From assembly GCF_009834535.1 (NCBI RefSeq), contig NC_045697.1:13332001-13396000 (forward strand): a DNA stretch of 64,000 bases, in the 5' to 3' direction. The stretch comes from Camelus ferus (Eukaryota). The notes beneath the pieces were generated by a model. It saw only the letters and a program-made list of their open reading frames with translations. It made no database searches and was not told the DNA's origin. A program made the position numbers and the translations under genes. Within the stretch, counting starts at the first letter, position 1, and each line of letters begins with the position of its first letter. Of the stretch, positions 51,241 through 63,324 are shown one piece after another.

Positions 51241-52409
51241 CAAAACAATGAAAACCATTTTACCTTCTTTTATTTCTAATTTAGATTATTAGCACCTATA
51301 AGATGGAGTTCTTGGTGATAATAATAGGTGCTCTGTCTCATTACTGATACAAATATTTATAGAAATTTTGAAAGAAATTGTAAGGTGTTAGTAAGGTTCT
51401 ATTATTAGGTAACTCTTAACCAGATAGGAGAGATTAAAAAATGTGAGTTAGCAAAATGAACTTCTAATATCATGATGGCTTAAGAAAGGGAGAATGTAGT
51501 ATATTTGGGTGGACTGACAGTTTTTGATAGGAGTGGCTTTGGAGAACAATGATGAAGAATAAATAAAACATGGAAATGTACCAATGGACAGAAGGAAGGT
51601 CAAGCTGTGGAACCAGCATAAGCACAGGCTGGAAGGGAGAAGATAACTGGTCCGTTCTGGAGAGGGTAGGTCATGTCAGGGTGGCAGAGGTGGCAAGGAC
51701 AGAAGAAGGTAGTAACAGAACAGCAGGTGGACACAAATCTGTGAGCAGCCTGTGCATTTCTTACATGTTGTCCACTAAGCAGCATGAAACCACAGACAAG
51801 TTTTGAAATAGAGTGTTTATTTTTGTGTCTCGTTTATAACCCAGTCTAAGGGGTTGATAGAGCTATAATTTCTGTAATAACTTAAGTGATTTGAATACAG
51901 GTCCTTCCACTGCCCTGATTTTTATTTTTTTCCTATTTTTTTAAGAGACAGGCAAAGCGCATGACTTTCAAATGGTGTCCTGAAACCATTTTTAGCATTA
52001 GACATTTACTAGATAGCTACCATGTGTGAGAGCCTGGTCTTGGAGCAGGCATCATTTCTGTATTTACAGTCCTGTATTATAATCACTTACATTTAGCAGG
52101 ACAACCATAAATTCTGTAAGTAAAAATACTACCAGGACCAGTAAGGTAAGGGAATCAATACATTAGTTTAAATGGATTGTCAAAATGGTAAAGACCATGA
52201 GGCTATGTCTCAGAAATCAGGAAAATTCAATTACGCTAAGCATCGTATTTCCAAGGCATCCTGTTTTTCTGAATTCAACTCTAGAGAGTAAAGCACTGGG
52301 AAAGACTGTCTCCTTATGTGTTTCAGCTACGGTTGAGCATATCAATGCATCAATCATTTTCAAATTCTTACCCCCTGTAGAAATGGACAAGTTCTTCTCG
52401 GCATGACCT

Positions 52410-52635
52410 GATAGCAGTACAGTGTGTTGAAAGAACATTTGATTAAATCTCAGAATGTGATTATTAGCTTGTAACCTTGTAACCTTGGCCATGAGAGTTG
52501 GCCTCTAGAGTGTGTTTCCTTATCTGTAAACAGGAAGAATACTAAGTCGTGCCCACCATTATGATACACGTTAAGTCAATGTATAATAGGGTTTAGAATG
52601 GCAATCTGTGTATATGCAGAATAAATATCAATCGG
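52410..52635 (+). mobile_element. MIR
   Basis: ttagcttgtaaccttgg...gtttccttatctgtaaacaggaagaata. Confidence 0.65.
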
Positions 52636-55049
52636 TTACATTTTTTTTCTTTTTTGTCTCTGATCTTACAATCAAGAAACCTGATTTTTTGTGTGTGTGA
52701 CTCAAGTCCACAATGTTATACAGGCACTTAAGCAGTTAGGGATCTTGTCTCTAACACATCTCTTAAGTTTCTTCCAGCAGTACAACCTGAGCAGTAAATA
52801 TCATGTAAAGTTGTTGTAAAGAGCAATTATGGTATACAGGGAGATGAAATCATTTAATATAGCTGCCCAAATGGCTATGAAATCAGATCTGCAGGATTCC
52901 TGAGATACAAATCATCAGTCCTCAACAAGTGAAGAAATCTCAGCCACTGTGGAGAGCCTTGTAATTTTATACATTGAATACGTTTACTCTTACTTTGTCC
53001 ACTTTGCTGTGGGTGATGTTCTTCATTAATGGCAAATCCACACCTCCAAATATAACTCATGCATGGCCAAAGTGCATGGACATTCGTGTCAGTCGGATCA
53101 CTAGCTGGAGCTTGTGCATCTCAAATGCTGCAACTTAGGTTCTTCAGGAAATAAATATGTTGAAAAAGAACTCATGAAGGAGCTACTTAAGGAATGGTAG
53201 GACTTAATTTTCCGTTTCCATTTCCTTCCCCTTTCTTTCCTTAATGTCTGGAAAGGGATGAAATGAACTTGAAATGGGGAGTGATAAGAAGTGAGTTTGA
53301 TTTTGCCATTTTGAATTTCCTCAACTCCCCTTTATTCTTCAAGATAACTGACAGCATAAAAAACTTAAGAGAATTCCATCAATCATAGGTTTAAAAAATT
53401 CCCAACTTTTAGTCGACATATGTGAATATTGATTTCAAATTTTAGCCAGGCTATGCTTTGCAGGTCAGTTAAGAAACAATCATACTTGAAGAATAACAAA
53501 TGGTGTAGAAATCTAAGTTTTATGTTGTCTATTTAACTAGATTTTCTGGCATTCCTGCCAAGTCTAGTTCTCCTGAAAGATAACTTATTTCTTCTTGGGT
53601 GGCACTGGAATCTATTTATGCAATTGTAATATGGATTCATACTCCATTGAATGGTGTCACACTGATTTAAATGACTTGATCTTATATGAAGGTTGCCCAA
53701 AGTGAAGACTGGGTTGGGAAGTATTCTAGATACAAATAAACACCACCATATCAGGAGTATTATGAATTGTCTTGCTACATTTTCTCTAAAATTAACCCTT
53801 GGCCTAAGGGGTGCTGAGGAGCATGATCGCTTTAAGTTTATTTAGATCTGTGGATTCAACAGGGTGACATCAAATTTATTTCAAAAGTAAAAATATCATC
53901 TGCGAAGACCAACCCTATTCCCTTGCCAGACAAAATTTCATTAACTAACTTAAATTGGACTTAATAACAATCACATAAACCAATTAGTTTCAGTTTTTAA
54001 CTCCATTAGGAGTATTATTCATCATGGTATTGCTGGACAGAGCTGTGCTTCTTCTGAGTTTCAACGGATTAAATAAATATAACCTGGGGTGCTAATTATA
54101 TGATGATGGTGCAGACACTTCAAGATTACTTTCCTTAATATAGATGGAATTTTGGGAAAATGGATTTTTCTTTTCAGAAAATGTCCTTAGCCCACGCTGC
54201 ATTTTCTCATTTTATAATTTAAAGTGAATGTGAGTGTCTAACATATAATTGAATCTACAGTAACCCATGGGCTTTGATGATAATTTCTTTTCATGCAAAT
54301 CCAGATAACCTTTACTTTTGCCTTCTCTGCAAAATCCATGGCTTACCAAGTGCTCTAATCTTGTGTAGTTTTATAATCCTTTCTGGTTCATAGAGGGAAA
54401 TTTGGTGTCTCCAGGGCTTATGACCTGATCCTGGAATTCTATCAGCATTAGTGCTCCAGAGATTGGTGCTGAACTCTTTTTTTGTTTTTCTTTCTTTCTA
54501 TCTATAGTATTTCTCTGTATGATCTCATGTTCATAGTACCATCTATGCACTTGTGCCTTTCAAATCTGTAACTATATCCAGAACCTCTTTCAGAAGCTCT
54601 AGACTTGGGAATCTAACAACTGACTTGCATCTCTGGTTTGATATGGTGAATGAAACTCTCTATTCTGCCTACCAAGAATGAAGGTAGTAGAGCCAGATAA
54701 CTAAGTTAGTAGCCCAGATCAGAAGAGTATCTAGCACCTAATAACCTCTCAATATGTGTGAATCATTATTATTTGTTATTACTGAGGAGTTGTGAAATAT
54801 AATGCGAACTTCCTGTTTTTCTTCACTAAGTACCTGAGGGAAATCTACAGACAAAGGTGACTAAGACCATCTCCCTATTGCTACCTAAATACCTTTTTAT
54901 TTTTTAGATATTCTTCAGGTTTCTTTCAAGTAGCCCCCGGTTTTTTCTTTCACACCATTTAGTCTACATGCTATTTGCTTGTACAAGACCCTTATTACTA
55001 TTCTCAGATTTCTTATTCACTGTCTGCTACCACCTGAAGTCCAGAGTCA

Positions 55050-55217
55050 ACACTGAATACCAGGGTATTGCCGAGGACTGTCCACTTACGTTATTATCTG
55101 TGGTTACTTTCATGCTGCAATTGCAGAGTTGAGTACTTGCAAGAGAGAGCTTATGACCAACAAAATCTAATACATTCGCTATTTCATTCTCTACTGAAAA
55201 AGTTTGCTGCCCCCTGC
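55050..55217 (+). mobile_element. MER58-like 3' fragment
   Basis: gcagagttgagtacttgcaagagagagcttatgacc...gaaaaagtttgctgccccctg. Confidence 0.75.
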
Positions 55218-56107
55218 TCCAGAAATTTCTCTAGAACTTGCATCATAGCAGTTAGTATAATGTTCCCCCAAAATTATCACTTTAGTTTCACTGAAACCAG
55301 TTACATACATGAATGTTAATTACTTGTATTTTTATTAGTTTTGTAATTTGACTTAAAACTTATTTTGGTTCTAGAGTTGCATAAGAACTATGAGCATGAA
55401 GAGTTCATGTAGTTTTGTTTGCAAATTCAAGCATTATAAATCTCTTAGGGACACATAAGGAGTCTAGGAGCACTTGCTTTTATTTAACAGAGGTCTATAC
55501 TCTTAGATATGAGAAGCCCTTCACTAGATAACTAGCTAAAAATTCTGGCTGTCATGGTGGTGAGCTGGCCCTGAGTTTCATGAGTCTTCTCTGGGCTTCA
55601 TCCATACTCTGTTTCTAAAATAACAACTTCTCCAACTACTTGTGATGAAGGATAGGCTTTTATTTTTCCTTAATCTATCATAAATTCATACTCTTCAAAA
55701 AAACAAAATTATTATTAGAAAAATAGTTGCAAATTTGGGTAGGATAACGATGTCAAATTGCTACAAAATTTCTAAATGTATACACTCGATTTCTGTACTC
55801 ATCAAAGGTCAGTAAAAACATTAGGTGGGTGAGAACCAGTTAAAGAACCACAGTAGCGTGGCACTATAGGATTCATCTAGGGTATGAAAGTCACTTCAGT
55901 GAGAGGAAGGGGAGAGATTATCCCTAAATTCAAGGATCACCTGGAGTCCTAGGGTGAACTGAGGAATGAGTAAATTCCTCCCTATTCCTTGGGCAAATAC
56001 TCAGGATCCTTAAAACCTATGTTGCAAAGAATCTAGGTTTGGGGACTAGGGACCACGTCTCTTCAGCAATACTTTTCAAAGTATATCCACTGACCACTAG
56101 ATTCATA

Positions 56108-56830
56108 TATTCACTCATTCATTTAAATCATCACTTTTGAACAGACAAGGCATTCCAGGAACTATTCTAGTTACTGGGGATACAAGCTTGAGCAAGACAA
56201 AAATCCCTGCGCTCGTATAATTTACCTCCTAGTAAGAGAAATTGGAAAATAAACAGACAAGAAAAAAATGTAGAACACTGGTTAGCGTTATGCAGGAAAT
56301 TAAAATAGTACGGTTTGGTAGACGGTGAAAGAGGGGCAAGTTTTGTCTGGGTAGCCAAAGAAGCCCTGAAATATGAATGATACAGCAAAACGAGCCATAA
56401 TTAGCAAAAAGCGTTTCAGGAAGGAAAAAACAAAAACCAGGAAGTGGAAAGTTCTCAGGGTAGCAACAATCTTGGGGAATTAAAAAAGGTCCTTGTGGCT
56501 AAACTGTTGCAGGAATAAGGAGAGTAGTAAAAATAAAATCATAGAAGTAATCAGGGAACAAACAACATACGGCTCTATGTGTCAGTGAAAAGGAATTGGA
56601 TTTTACTCAATGTTCAATGGAAAGACGTTGGAGGGTCTGAATGGTCTGACATGTTTTTAACGTCACCATAGTGTCTTTGTAGAGAAAGAATGTCAGGGTA
56701 GCCAGAATGAAAGCCATCCACACCAAAGAAACCTTGAATTTGGGTGGTGATGTTGACAATGAAACAAAATGGATATATTTGGGATATGGTTTAAAAGAAC
56801 ATCTATATTTTGAGTTTGTGGGAAAGAAGG
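56108..56830 (-). mobile_element. L2 3' portion
   Basis: attcactcattcattta...agacaaaaatccctgcgctc...ggattttactcaatgttcaatggaaagacgttggaggg. Confidence 0.8.
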
Positions 56831-57279
56831 TGCCAATACTTGAACAGTTCTAAGCCTCTACTTCAAGAAAAAATGAAACCATTAACATTTCCAGATAGAG
56901 AGATAGGCAAGATAGCACTCTGAAAATTCATCCTACTAGCAAATAGGTCAGTGAAACAATCAAATCCTCAGTAGTTATGAGAAGCAGTAACCCATGAACA
57001 CTGCCGCTTTAGGAAGACGAAAACATTGGCACCACAGAAGCAGATTATACCAGTTAAAATCTCTGAGCTCTGTTCCACTCATCAGCAACGTCCACAATAT
57101 CCAGAGATGTTATTTCCCGAGCTCCTTGACATGTGCTGTTTGGATCCGTTGGTCGAACTCTTAATTTCTGAGTTTGTCCTTCTGATATAACTGCTGAAAA
57201 CTTGTTCATGACTTTTCATTTCACTGCTACAATAATAACTAAGTTTATTGAAACCTGTAGTAGATACTTCTACTACCCA

Positions 57280-57795
57280 TGTCACGTTCTCCATGGCCTG
57301 CCTCTAATCTCAGCTCTAGCAAGAACTGGCTTTTGGTCCCTAGGACCTCAGACCCTGACAGCATTTGGTCTCAAATTTATATCCTACATCTTTTTGCTTT
57401 ATGCCTTGGAAGTTCTACCTCAAAGGAGCCTGCTCTGTTGGCAGAGCTAATTGAGCCCCCAAACATAGCTACAGCCTGGATGTGTGAGAGGGTTAATCAT
57501 TCAGGGAAACACTCAACCAGTGGAGAGGACTGGCTGAATGTCCTTCTGCCCTTTAAGTCACCCAATCTTGGAAACATTCAGTTTGCTCCCTAAGCAGTCG
57601 CAGCCACGCTGGGTCCCTGATGCCCACAATGGTAAATGTTATAATACATCCTTTTATTAAATTTTATTTCTTCCCTCTTCTTATCACAGTTTCCCTGGTT
57701 CTTCCATTTTTCCCCTCTGGATTTATTTCTCATATGAGTTACCTGAATACAACCCTTGCTTGAGCCCCTACTTTTGGGACAATCCTAGAATAAGA
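57280..57795 (+). mobile_element. Old ERVL-type LTR remnant
   Basis: Ends ctacttttgggacaatcctagaataaga, resembling ctttctggggaacccaxxctaagaca termini; left boundary uncertain. Confidence 0.4.
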
Positions 57796-57829
57796 AAAAT
57801 AATTACCTCCAGTAAATCATCTGTAAAAT

Positions 57830-58020
57830 ATTTTCCCTATAATTTCTTTAATTCTCACCACAATCAAAAAGTAATACCTTATTTTTCCTATTATCTGTTA
57901 AGAAATTTAAGATTCCAAGAAATTAACCAACTTGTTCAAAGTCCCATAGTGAGTAGGCAATGAGGCCAGAATTCCAAACACATATGTCTGACTGCAATAG
58001 AGCATGTTTTCACTCTACAT
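57830..58020 (-). mobile_element. MIR
   Basis: tttaattctcaccacaatc...aacttgttcaaagtcccatag...gccagaattccaaacacatatgtctgact. Confidence 0.7.
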
Positions 58021-58749
58021 TCTACTGATGCTACAAGATATATTTCATTCAATTTTGGCTTGGTATTTTGGCAAAAGCTTTCTGGTCTTGCTCTGGGCTT
58101 TATCTCTGGTGTTCACTCTTGATTTACTCTTTTCTGGGATGTCTCTAACCCCTGATTAGGATGGCTCATATCCCCAGAGAAGCCACCACCACTCCTACGT
58201 GATATGGCTTAGATTCCAGGGCAATCAGTGCTCATGGATTAAAAAGAGCTTGCCTTTATAGGTGGTAATCTTGAGTAAAGACTAGCGATGCTTGCTTTGA
58301 ATTTTTGGCTCTGGTGAGCATCAGATTAGTTCTTATAAAGATCACAAGCAATTTTTTTCTGTCTTTCTTTAGATGTTTTTCTTAATTTTCAATTTAAGCT
58401 ATGAATTATTTTAGCTTATTATACTGCCTTAATACTATTGTGAGATTATAATTTTTAGAAATCCTTAATGAATGGAAAATTATGAATTCCCACATATAGT
58501 GTTTTTTTTTCCCTCTGAATAAAATAAAAAATAGACACTGTGGGATTTAAAATTCTTTAAGTACTACCTGCTGGGTAACTTAAATTATGTACATTTTTCT
58601 ATCTTTTTGAAGCTATGAAATCATATTTTGTTAATTTCCATAAACTGAGTAAGTTTCTTTCCTCAAATTAGTAGCTAGGAACAGCTATAATTTATTGAGC
58701 TGTTACTACGTATTAACTGCTTTTCATGCATGTCAAAAGAACTGTTGAT

Positions 58750-59060
58750 TGCCTAAACCAATGCCCAATATTCATTCCTAAACTCATTTTCTGACCTCCA
58801 TTATAGAGGCTGGAAACATAATCACATTTCTAGCCCCCTTTGTCAGATAACCATACAATATAATTCTGGCCTATGATACCTAAGTAGACCTCTATTGGCG
58901 AGGAGCTTTTAGGAAGGTTTTGCTATTCCTGATGAAAGGAGTAGATAAGGCTGGGATGACCAACCGTCACTTCTTTTCCTGTGTTGAATATGTATTTGAT
59001 GCCTAGAGCTGTGGCAGCTATCTTGTGCCCTTGAGGTAAAGACCAAGAGGATCACATTTT
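58750..59060 (+). mobile_element. LTR16-like ERVL LTR fragment
   Basis: cacatttctagccccctttg...ttctggcctatgatac...gatgcctagagctgtggcagctatcttgtgccc. Confidence 0.7.
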
Positions 59061-60888
59061 GATCAACAGAATAGTTATACAATGTTTCCTGTGTATTTAA
59101 GACTTCAGGAGGCATTACAGAGAGCATAAATGTTAACAGGACTCTTGCACTAAAAACGTTATATTTGTAGACGTGTTGCAAGAAGAATAGGAAGGAAAGT
59201 ATGGTCAAAATTTTATAATAATTTGGTGCCATGATAGTTTCCAAAGGAGAAGATTCAGAGATCTTGCCAGTGCAAAGCACAGAGAGCTGGTATCATCGTG
59301 GCCCTGGCACAGGGCTCCACTGACAAGTACGCTGATTTGGGGAACCGTCTTTCCCATCAACACCCTCTCCTCCTTAGGAAGAGGTCTTTAGTCTTTGTCC
59401 CACCACCTAGGGAACAGCCCAAACAGACAGACTGTGCATTCCAGATCAGTATCAGAGAGAGAGTCTGAATTTAAGAAATGAAAAGCATTATTATTCCTTC
59501 CAAATGCTAAAAGCTCAGAGAGGAACAATATTTTCATCCAAATTGTCTGGCTTTCATTGTACATATTAGAGCCAGACATGGAGTAAACCAGATGCAATTT
59601 GAGACTTGTGGAATTTATTTCTCAGCCAAGCAAGAAGCTGAATTAATAGACTTTTACTTTTACTTTTGTTGAAATGAAAAAGCTGAAGATTCTCCAGCAT
59701 ACTCCTACCAGATGGCATGCTCTATTGCCTACAATTTTCTCCCTGCTGTGGATCATCTCCAACTTGGCCTATTCAAAGGTGAAGAGAAAAAATGCATATC
59801 TACCTATTTGCATGGTAATCAAAGCAGGATAGAGAGAAAAGATCAGTGTGCCTACTTCCAGCTAAGGCTCAACTTGACCTAACTGTACAAATCTTTCAGA
59901 TTCTGGTAAGATAAGATATGTCTTCCTGAAATTTAAAGGCTTAAATACTTTTTGATATGGCAGTTACAGTGCATGGACGTTTAATGGCTAATAGCCTAAA
60001 TATAAAAGAATGTGCTGATAATTATGAGGTCTATGAGTGATGATGGAAATTAAGAACTTAATATGATCACAACTAACTGAATAAATTCACTACTTTAAAG
60101 ACACTGTTTAGATTGGAAGCATCGATTTGTTATTCATATTTTTATATGGGATCTCTTAGAAGTTTCTGCTGTGTCACAAAATGAGAGACTAATCATCTTT
60201 AGAGTTATAAAAATAGTAGAATCAGAGAAATGTATTATTGAAAGCTATATTTAGGTCAGTCGCAATTAAAATCTCCATTTTACACTTTAAATGAGGGGTG
60301 CAGAGAAGTGAGAAATTTAACACTAAATTAGAAAAGAGAATGCTTATATAGTGAATTGAGTGTGAATTTCAATCTCACCCCAAATAATTGATCATTACAA
60401 GTAGCATATTTCTGACGACATCTACAAAAATATCAGTAAATACGATATTGAGAGTTTTCAAAATAGCTGGTGATTTTTCAGGGTGGTCCAGCTCTGTTAA
60501 TCCCAGCTTTGACCCATTTTTTGTATCTACTTGCTGGAAAAGCAAATGATCATTTATTTACCACAGTAGAAACTGATGTTAGTAAAGTAGAACCAATCCC
60601 TTTACAAGTTTTACCTGTTCCCACATTGATTTAAATAGCTAGAGACCATCTATAATTTATTTCACTTTGCCAAGAAGTGTGCCCAGACATCAGACTTTAA
60701 AGAGGAAGCACTGAATGTCATAGTTCTTGAAATATATTAATTAGAATGTGGTCCAGCATTTTATAAGTCATGATCATGTATGTCAACTTTCTTGATCTCC
60801 ATTATGTTTCTTTCCATTGCAGGTCTGTGTGTAACTTTCTCAGGTTTCTATGTCCATGGAGAGCCTTTCTAATTGATGTTTGGATTAC

Positions 60889-61036
60889 CTGATAACCCCG
60901 GACTGTGACAGAGCAAGAAGAGTATGATCTGTTTCCTTTACCCTTCACAAGTGTCTTCCCCGATGGATACATTTAATCGGAGGCAATGATTCCACAAAAA
61001 GCTATACAGAGATAAATCAGGATAGAGGGATGGATT
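60889..61036 (-). other. Candidate spliced exon of an unidentified transcript
   Basis: Minus-strand acceptor ttttgtttttctttttgtgacttctcAG|; donors AGG|GTAAAG (exon end 60942) or CAG|GTAATC (exon end 60889); unique sequence with retained CpGs. Confidence 0.35.
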
Positions 61037-61946
61037 CTGAGAAGTCACAAAAAGAAAAACAAAATCCACATTTCATCCACCACAAGGCAAAACTAGAACT
61101 CAAGCCCCTGTCATCTCACCATTGTCCTTTGGCTACTTCAGTCCCTGCATTTTTCTTATATTCTCCAAACACTGACCATTTTCATCTAAGAATTAGGTTG
61201 TTTGGCTTGATATCCTCATAAGAGTATCTCTCTCTGTCGCTCCCTCTCTCTTTTAATATTTTCTATAAATTACAAGACTCATTTCTGGTTCTGGTTTGCT
61301 ATGTTAGAAATATCACATTTATCAGGTGAGTGGTCTGTGTGGTCTCTCATTGTTCTATTAAATATTGCCTCAAATGTGATTTTTCATATTTTCTCCCGTC
61401 TTCCCAAACTGCCTTATCATATCTGCCAGCTGTTTAGAGAATTTATTCTTGAGCAGTGTCAAATTATCAACATTAAAATTGTACCTGTTAAGCTTTTTTT
61501 TTTTGGAAAGTGATTCAAGTCTTACTTTTTTTTTTTTTTAATTTTACAGTCATGATTCACTTCTTCCATTCGTTTCTCAATGTGGACATTAAATTAAAGT
61601 TAGCTTCTATTTATTTTGCGCTTTGGGAGTACCTATAATTTGCAGCAATATTTATGGGGTAAAAGGAAGTGTTAGGTATTAAACTCAATAGGAAATTGAA
61701 GCAAAGTGATTTATAGCTTGAGGGGAAAGCACTGATGTCATCAAACATAACTCATTTATTTGCAAATAAAAAGCCAAAGGCATCCATCCCATCCTTTACG
61801 AGCTCTGTAACCATGTTTTTGATATCTTTAAATAAACTACATAAATGCAAAGTATAGAATTTTTTTTAATTTCCTTTAATTTTTCTGCTACAAATCTTAA
61901 CTTTTTCTTACCCATTTACTGAAGATAGAAGATACTATTGTACTTT

Positions 61947-62399
61947 TGTTGCCAAGTCCAAACTCATTCTGCTCGCCTCACAACAGGCCAATAATCGGGA
62001 GACGAGGTGTTGGGGCAAGGAATAGCGGCTTTATTCGGAAAGCCGGCAGACCCAGAGGATAGCTGACTAGTATCTTGGAGAACCATCCTGCTCTAGTCAG
62101 AATACAGGCTCCTTTTACACAAAAAATAAGGGAGGGGCTGTGGTTGATTGTTGCAATCTCCTTGCTGCAGGCATTCTTTATTCTCGCAGCCGTCCCCGTG
62201 GGCCAGGTCACGGTGTCCCTGCAAACCTCCAACAACACAAAGGTTATTCTCTACTACAATTTTCAGTCACGGTCAAGGAGTTCAGCCATTCCCTTTGCCC
62301 CAAACTGGTCCCTGATTCCCAAATTCCCACATTCAGTGTATCTTGTGTCCATGTCAATGCCCTTCATTGACTGCTTCTCTGACCACCAAAAGTGTAACA
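61947..62399 (-). mobile_element. MER41-like ERV1 solo LTR
   Basis: TG...CA; reverse strand ccgaataaagccgctattccttgccccaacacctcgtctc...gagtttggacttggcaaca is homologous to the 3' end of 43538-44036; 5' boundary approximate, no TSD matched. Confidence 0.85.
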
Positions 62400-62767
62400 A
62401 TTAACTTCATCTGAACAAAACTGTAACAGAAGAGATTCTTATAAAAGGCCAGAAAAGGAAATATTAGTTTTCAGTAGATACTCTTCTGTGTATCAAACAT
62501 GATGAAACCCACTTGGTGAAATATTCTGAATAATCCATTCTGTTCGAGAATTGCGCAATGGCTTTTTCCTCCCTTTGGCTTTCTAAGTCAACAGACGGAA
62601 AATCTCTCACTCTCCTACATGCTTGGCTATTAAACTTTCAATATACTGCCAAAAAATATCTTGTCAAACAAATAACCAGATATATCGCAGAAAGCAAATT
62701 CTAGAATGATGAAGTAAAATCGAATCATGATAATAGTTATGATGTTAGAGTGGTAATAGCGAAAGGC

Positions 62768-62770
<3 letters not shown>

Positions 62771-62814
<44 letters not shown>
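62771..62814. repeat. (GT)22 perfect microsatellite
   Basis: Seen directly. Confidence 0.97.
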
Positions 62815-62816
<2 letters not shown>

Positions 62817-63094
62817 GGTATTCCATGTGCAACAAGCCTGAAGTAGTTTAAGTTTCATTTAATTTTTTTTTCTTGAATCTGAGTCATACCTTACAAAATT
62901 CCAGGGGCTTTCATCCATTTCCCCAAATGTACACCCTTGTGAAAAAAATGCCCTCTTGGTTGTTAGGATAAGCTGCTTAGATTTGATTTCCTTTAGCCTC
63001 TGGTCAAGAAGAGAAAGGTGTTTTTAAAATTTCTGTTTTTTCGTTTTTGACATGGCACTGAAAGGTGAAGCTCAAGCAGACACTGTTCCCCAAA

Positions 63095-63226
63095 AAGAAG
63101 AGGGAGGTCGGGGGCTGGGGGATGAGGAGGAAGAAGAGAAAGAGAAAGAAGAGGAGGACAGGAGGAAAAGGAGGAGGAGGTAACGGAGGAGTAGGAATAG
63201 GAGGAACTTTGCACTGTATGCAAAAG
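63095..63226. repeat. GA-rich low-complexity purine tract
   Basis: gaggaggaagaagagaaagagaaagaagaggaggacaggaggaaaaggaggaggagg. Confidence 0.85.
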
Positions 63227-63324
63227 AAGTTCTATTTTATAATAATTAGAGATAGCCAAGCCACAGGTATCAAAAGGAAAGTGAAAGTACCATTTAAAAT
63301 ATGTCTAATTTATAAGTTTCTCAT

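Noticed and set aside
60805..60850. Plus-strand acceptor tttctttccattgcag
   Set aside because: No strong downstream plus-strand donor; the minus-strand reading has both boundaries
62075..62404. 109-aa ORF with a transmembrane-like segment
   Set aside because: Lies antisense within a solo LTR; no env, gag or pol similarity
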